Positions 21,901 through 22,978 of a stretch of 22,978 bases of DNA are shown here, piece by piece; within the stretch, counting starts at the first letter, position 1, and the number at the start of each line of letters is the position of its first letter. The stretch is from Octopus sinensis. Its lineage: Eukaryota. The stretch covers positions 1-22,978 of the forward strand of contig NW_021836718.1 in NCBI RefSeq assembly GCF_006345805.1, in the 5' to 3' direction. The notes under the pieces were generated by a model. The model worked only from the letters and a program-made list of their open reading frames with translations, did no database searches and had not been told where the DNA came from. Position numbers and translations under genes: made by a program.

Positions 21901-22757
21901 GTCTCAGATAAAGCAACGATGTCAAGATCATAGCGTTGAAGCTCCTTCGCAACAAGCGCAACCCTTCTTTCAGGACATTCAGAGGACTTGTGGTCAAGCA
22001 GTATCCGTACATTCCAACAGCCAATATTCACTATTTTCTTTGGTTCTATCACAGTAGCATGATGACGGCCGGGTTCAGACTGTGATGCTCTGGAGCCCCT
22101 GCCGGGCCAGACTCTTTCAGCTGATGTGGTTCCAGAGTCCTTTGTTTTGGTACTTCATTGATTTTTTGCTTTTTAAGGCTACAGCCAGCCATTCAGTTGA
22201 AACTCACAGCACTGTCAACAATCTTGAATTAGTTAATCACTTTAATCAATCCAATGTAGTTATCGTGCAATACCTGTGCAAAAAGATTTTTTTGAGTGAG
22301 GAAAGGCTGTGCACTGAGTCAATCCCACTCACTAAGCAACAGCAGCCATAATCCGAAAAGAAGAACAAGTCAACATCATCGGTAACCACTGAGCCGCAGA
22401 TTTATGTCGGAGTTATCCCAGTTACCTGAGTTACATTCTCCTAGAAGGATGCCCTAACAAAAGCTAGGAGTCCTTCACTTCCAATGGTTTAATCGCGCGA
22501 TCGGGTATTCAGTCCGATTATTTCTATGTCCTCGCGCATGATACAGCCTTAAGCCTTAAGAAAGAAAAAAAAAACACATTTATTGGATGGCCGTTGATTC
22601 TCAAGAGTTCCTCCGCCCTTTCGAGTGCTACTGGTAACATGTAATCCTGAACAACTTGTTGCATGGTCGGGTCGTCGGCGACTAAACCGGCAAACCCACA
22701 AAGCTTGCTTGGTGAGGAGGGTGTTTATTGGACACCCTGCGGGATGAAAACAAAACA
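18940..22757 (-). mobile_element. Near full-length, decayed RTE-clade LINE (AP endonuclease + RT + C-terminal zinc-finger-like motifs)
   Basis: APE motifs WNVR, ALSETR, VYAPT, GNFNARVG, LDYILV and TDH lie at 21213-22052. RT motifs QSGFRVGRGTADMIF, DLTKAFD, GVKQGDILAPTLF, LLYADD and VYLGS lie at 19785-20660. The C-terminal RLRWSGH..RM is at 19104-19739. It has several frameshifts. Both boundaries abut (CATA)n tracts and are approximate. Confidence 0.92.
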
Positions 22758-22779
22758 TACATACATACATACATAAATA

Positions 22780-22819
<40 letters not shown>

Positions 22820-22978
22820 GTAGGGTCCCGGGTTGATTCGGGGTTAACCACAGTAAATAAGGTACTCAATACATAGCAGAGTAAAATTAATTTATTATAT
22901 AGAAGGAGCTTCTACAGGACTAGAACTGTTTCATTCAAGATGAAGATTTCTCTTGAATGAAACAGTTCTAGTCCTGTA
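22820..22978 (-). mobile_element. Family 2 element, second copy with a different fold-back junction (runs off the window)
   Basis: It aligns with 1195-1310. Perfect 28-bp inverted arms at 22913-22940 and 22951-22978 surround TGAAGATTTC. It follows (TA)n. Confidence 0.65.

Overview
Repeat-dense animal genomic DNA, most consistent with an octopod cephalopod; this is an inference from the tRNA-derived SINE families and the extreme microsatellite load. The one clear host gene is the 3' half of an RFX-family (RFX4/RFX6-like) transcription factor on the minus strand. I reconstructed it from in-phase GT-AG exons at 18814-18673, 11511-11417, 10966-10849, 10221-10099 and 9954-9394, plus a probable last exon at 6630-6539. 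Only the 9954-9394 exon and, in frame, 10966-10849 are visible in the ORF track. The rest is mobile DNA: three head-to-tail 5'-truncated R4/Dong-type (RLE) non-LTR elements stacked in (TAA)n tracts (2264-5017), a scrambled Gypsy remnant (11893-14037), a near full-length decayed RTE LINE (~18940-22757) and several SINEs. The most unusual signal is a set of (TA)n-embedded non-coding elements that carry hammerhead-ribozyme cores or core-like motifs and are joined head-to-head by fold-back inversions. They comprise short copies at 632-797, 1029-1111, 1195-1376, 8724-8857 and 22820-22978, and a 3.2-kb palindromic array of ~602-bp units at 14207-17433. They look like Penelope pLTR/retrozyme-type elements. 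Most ORFs in the supplied track are microsatellite translations.
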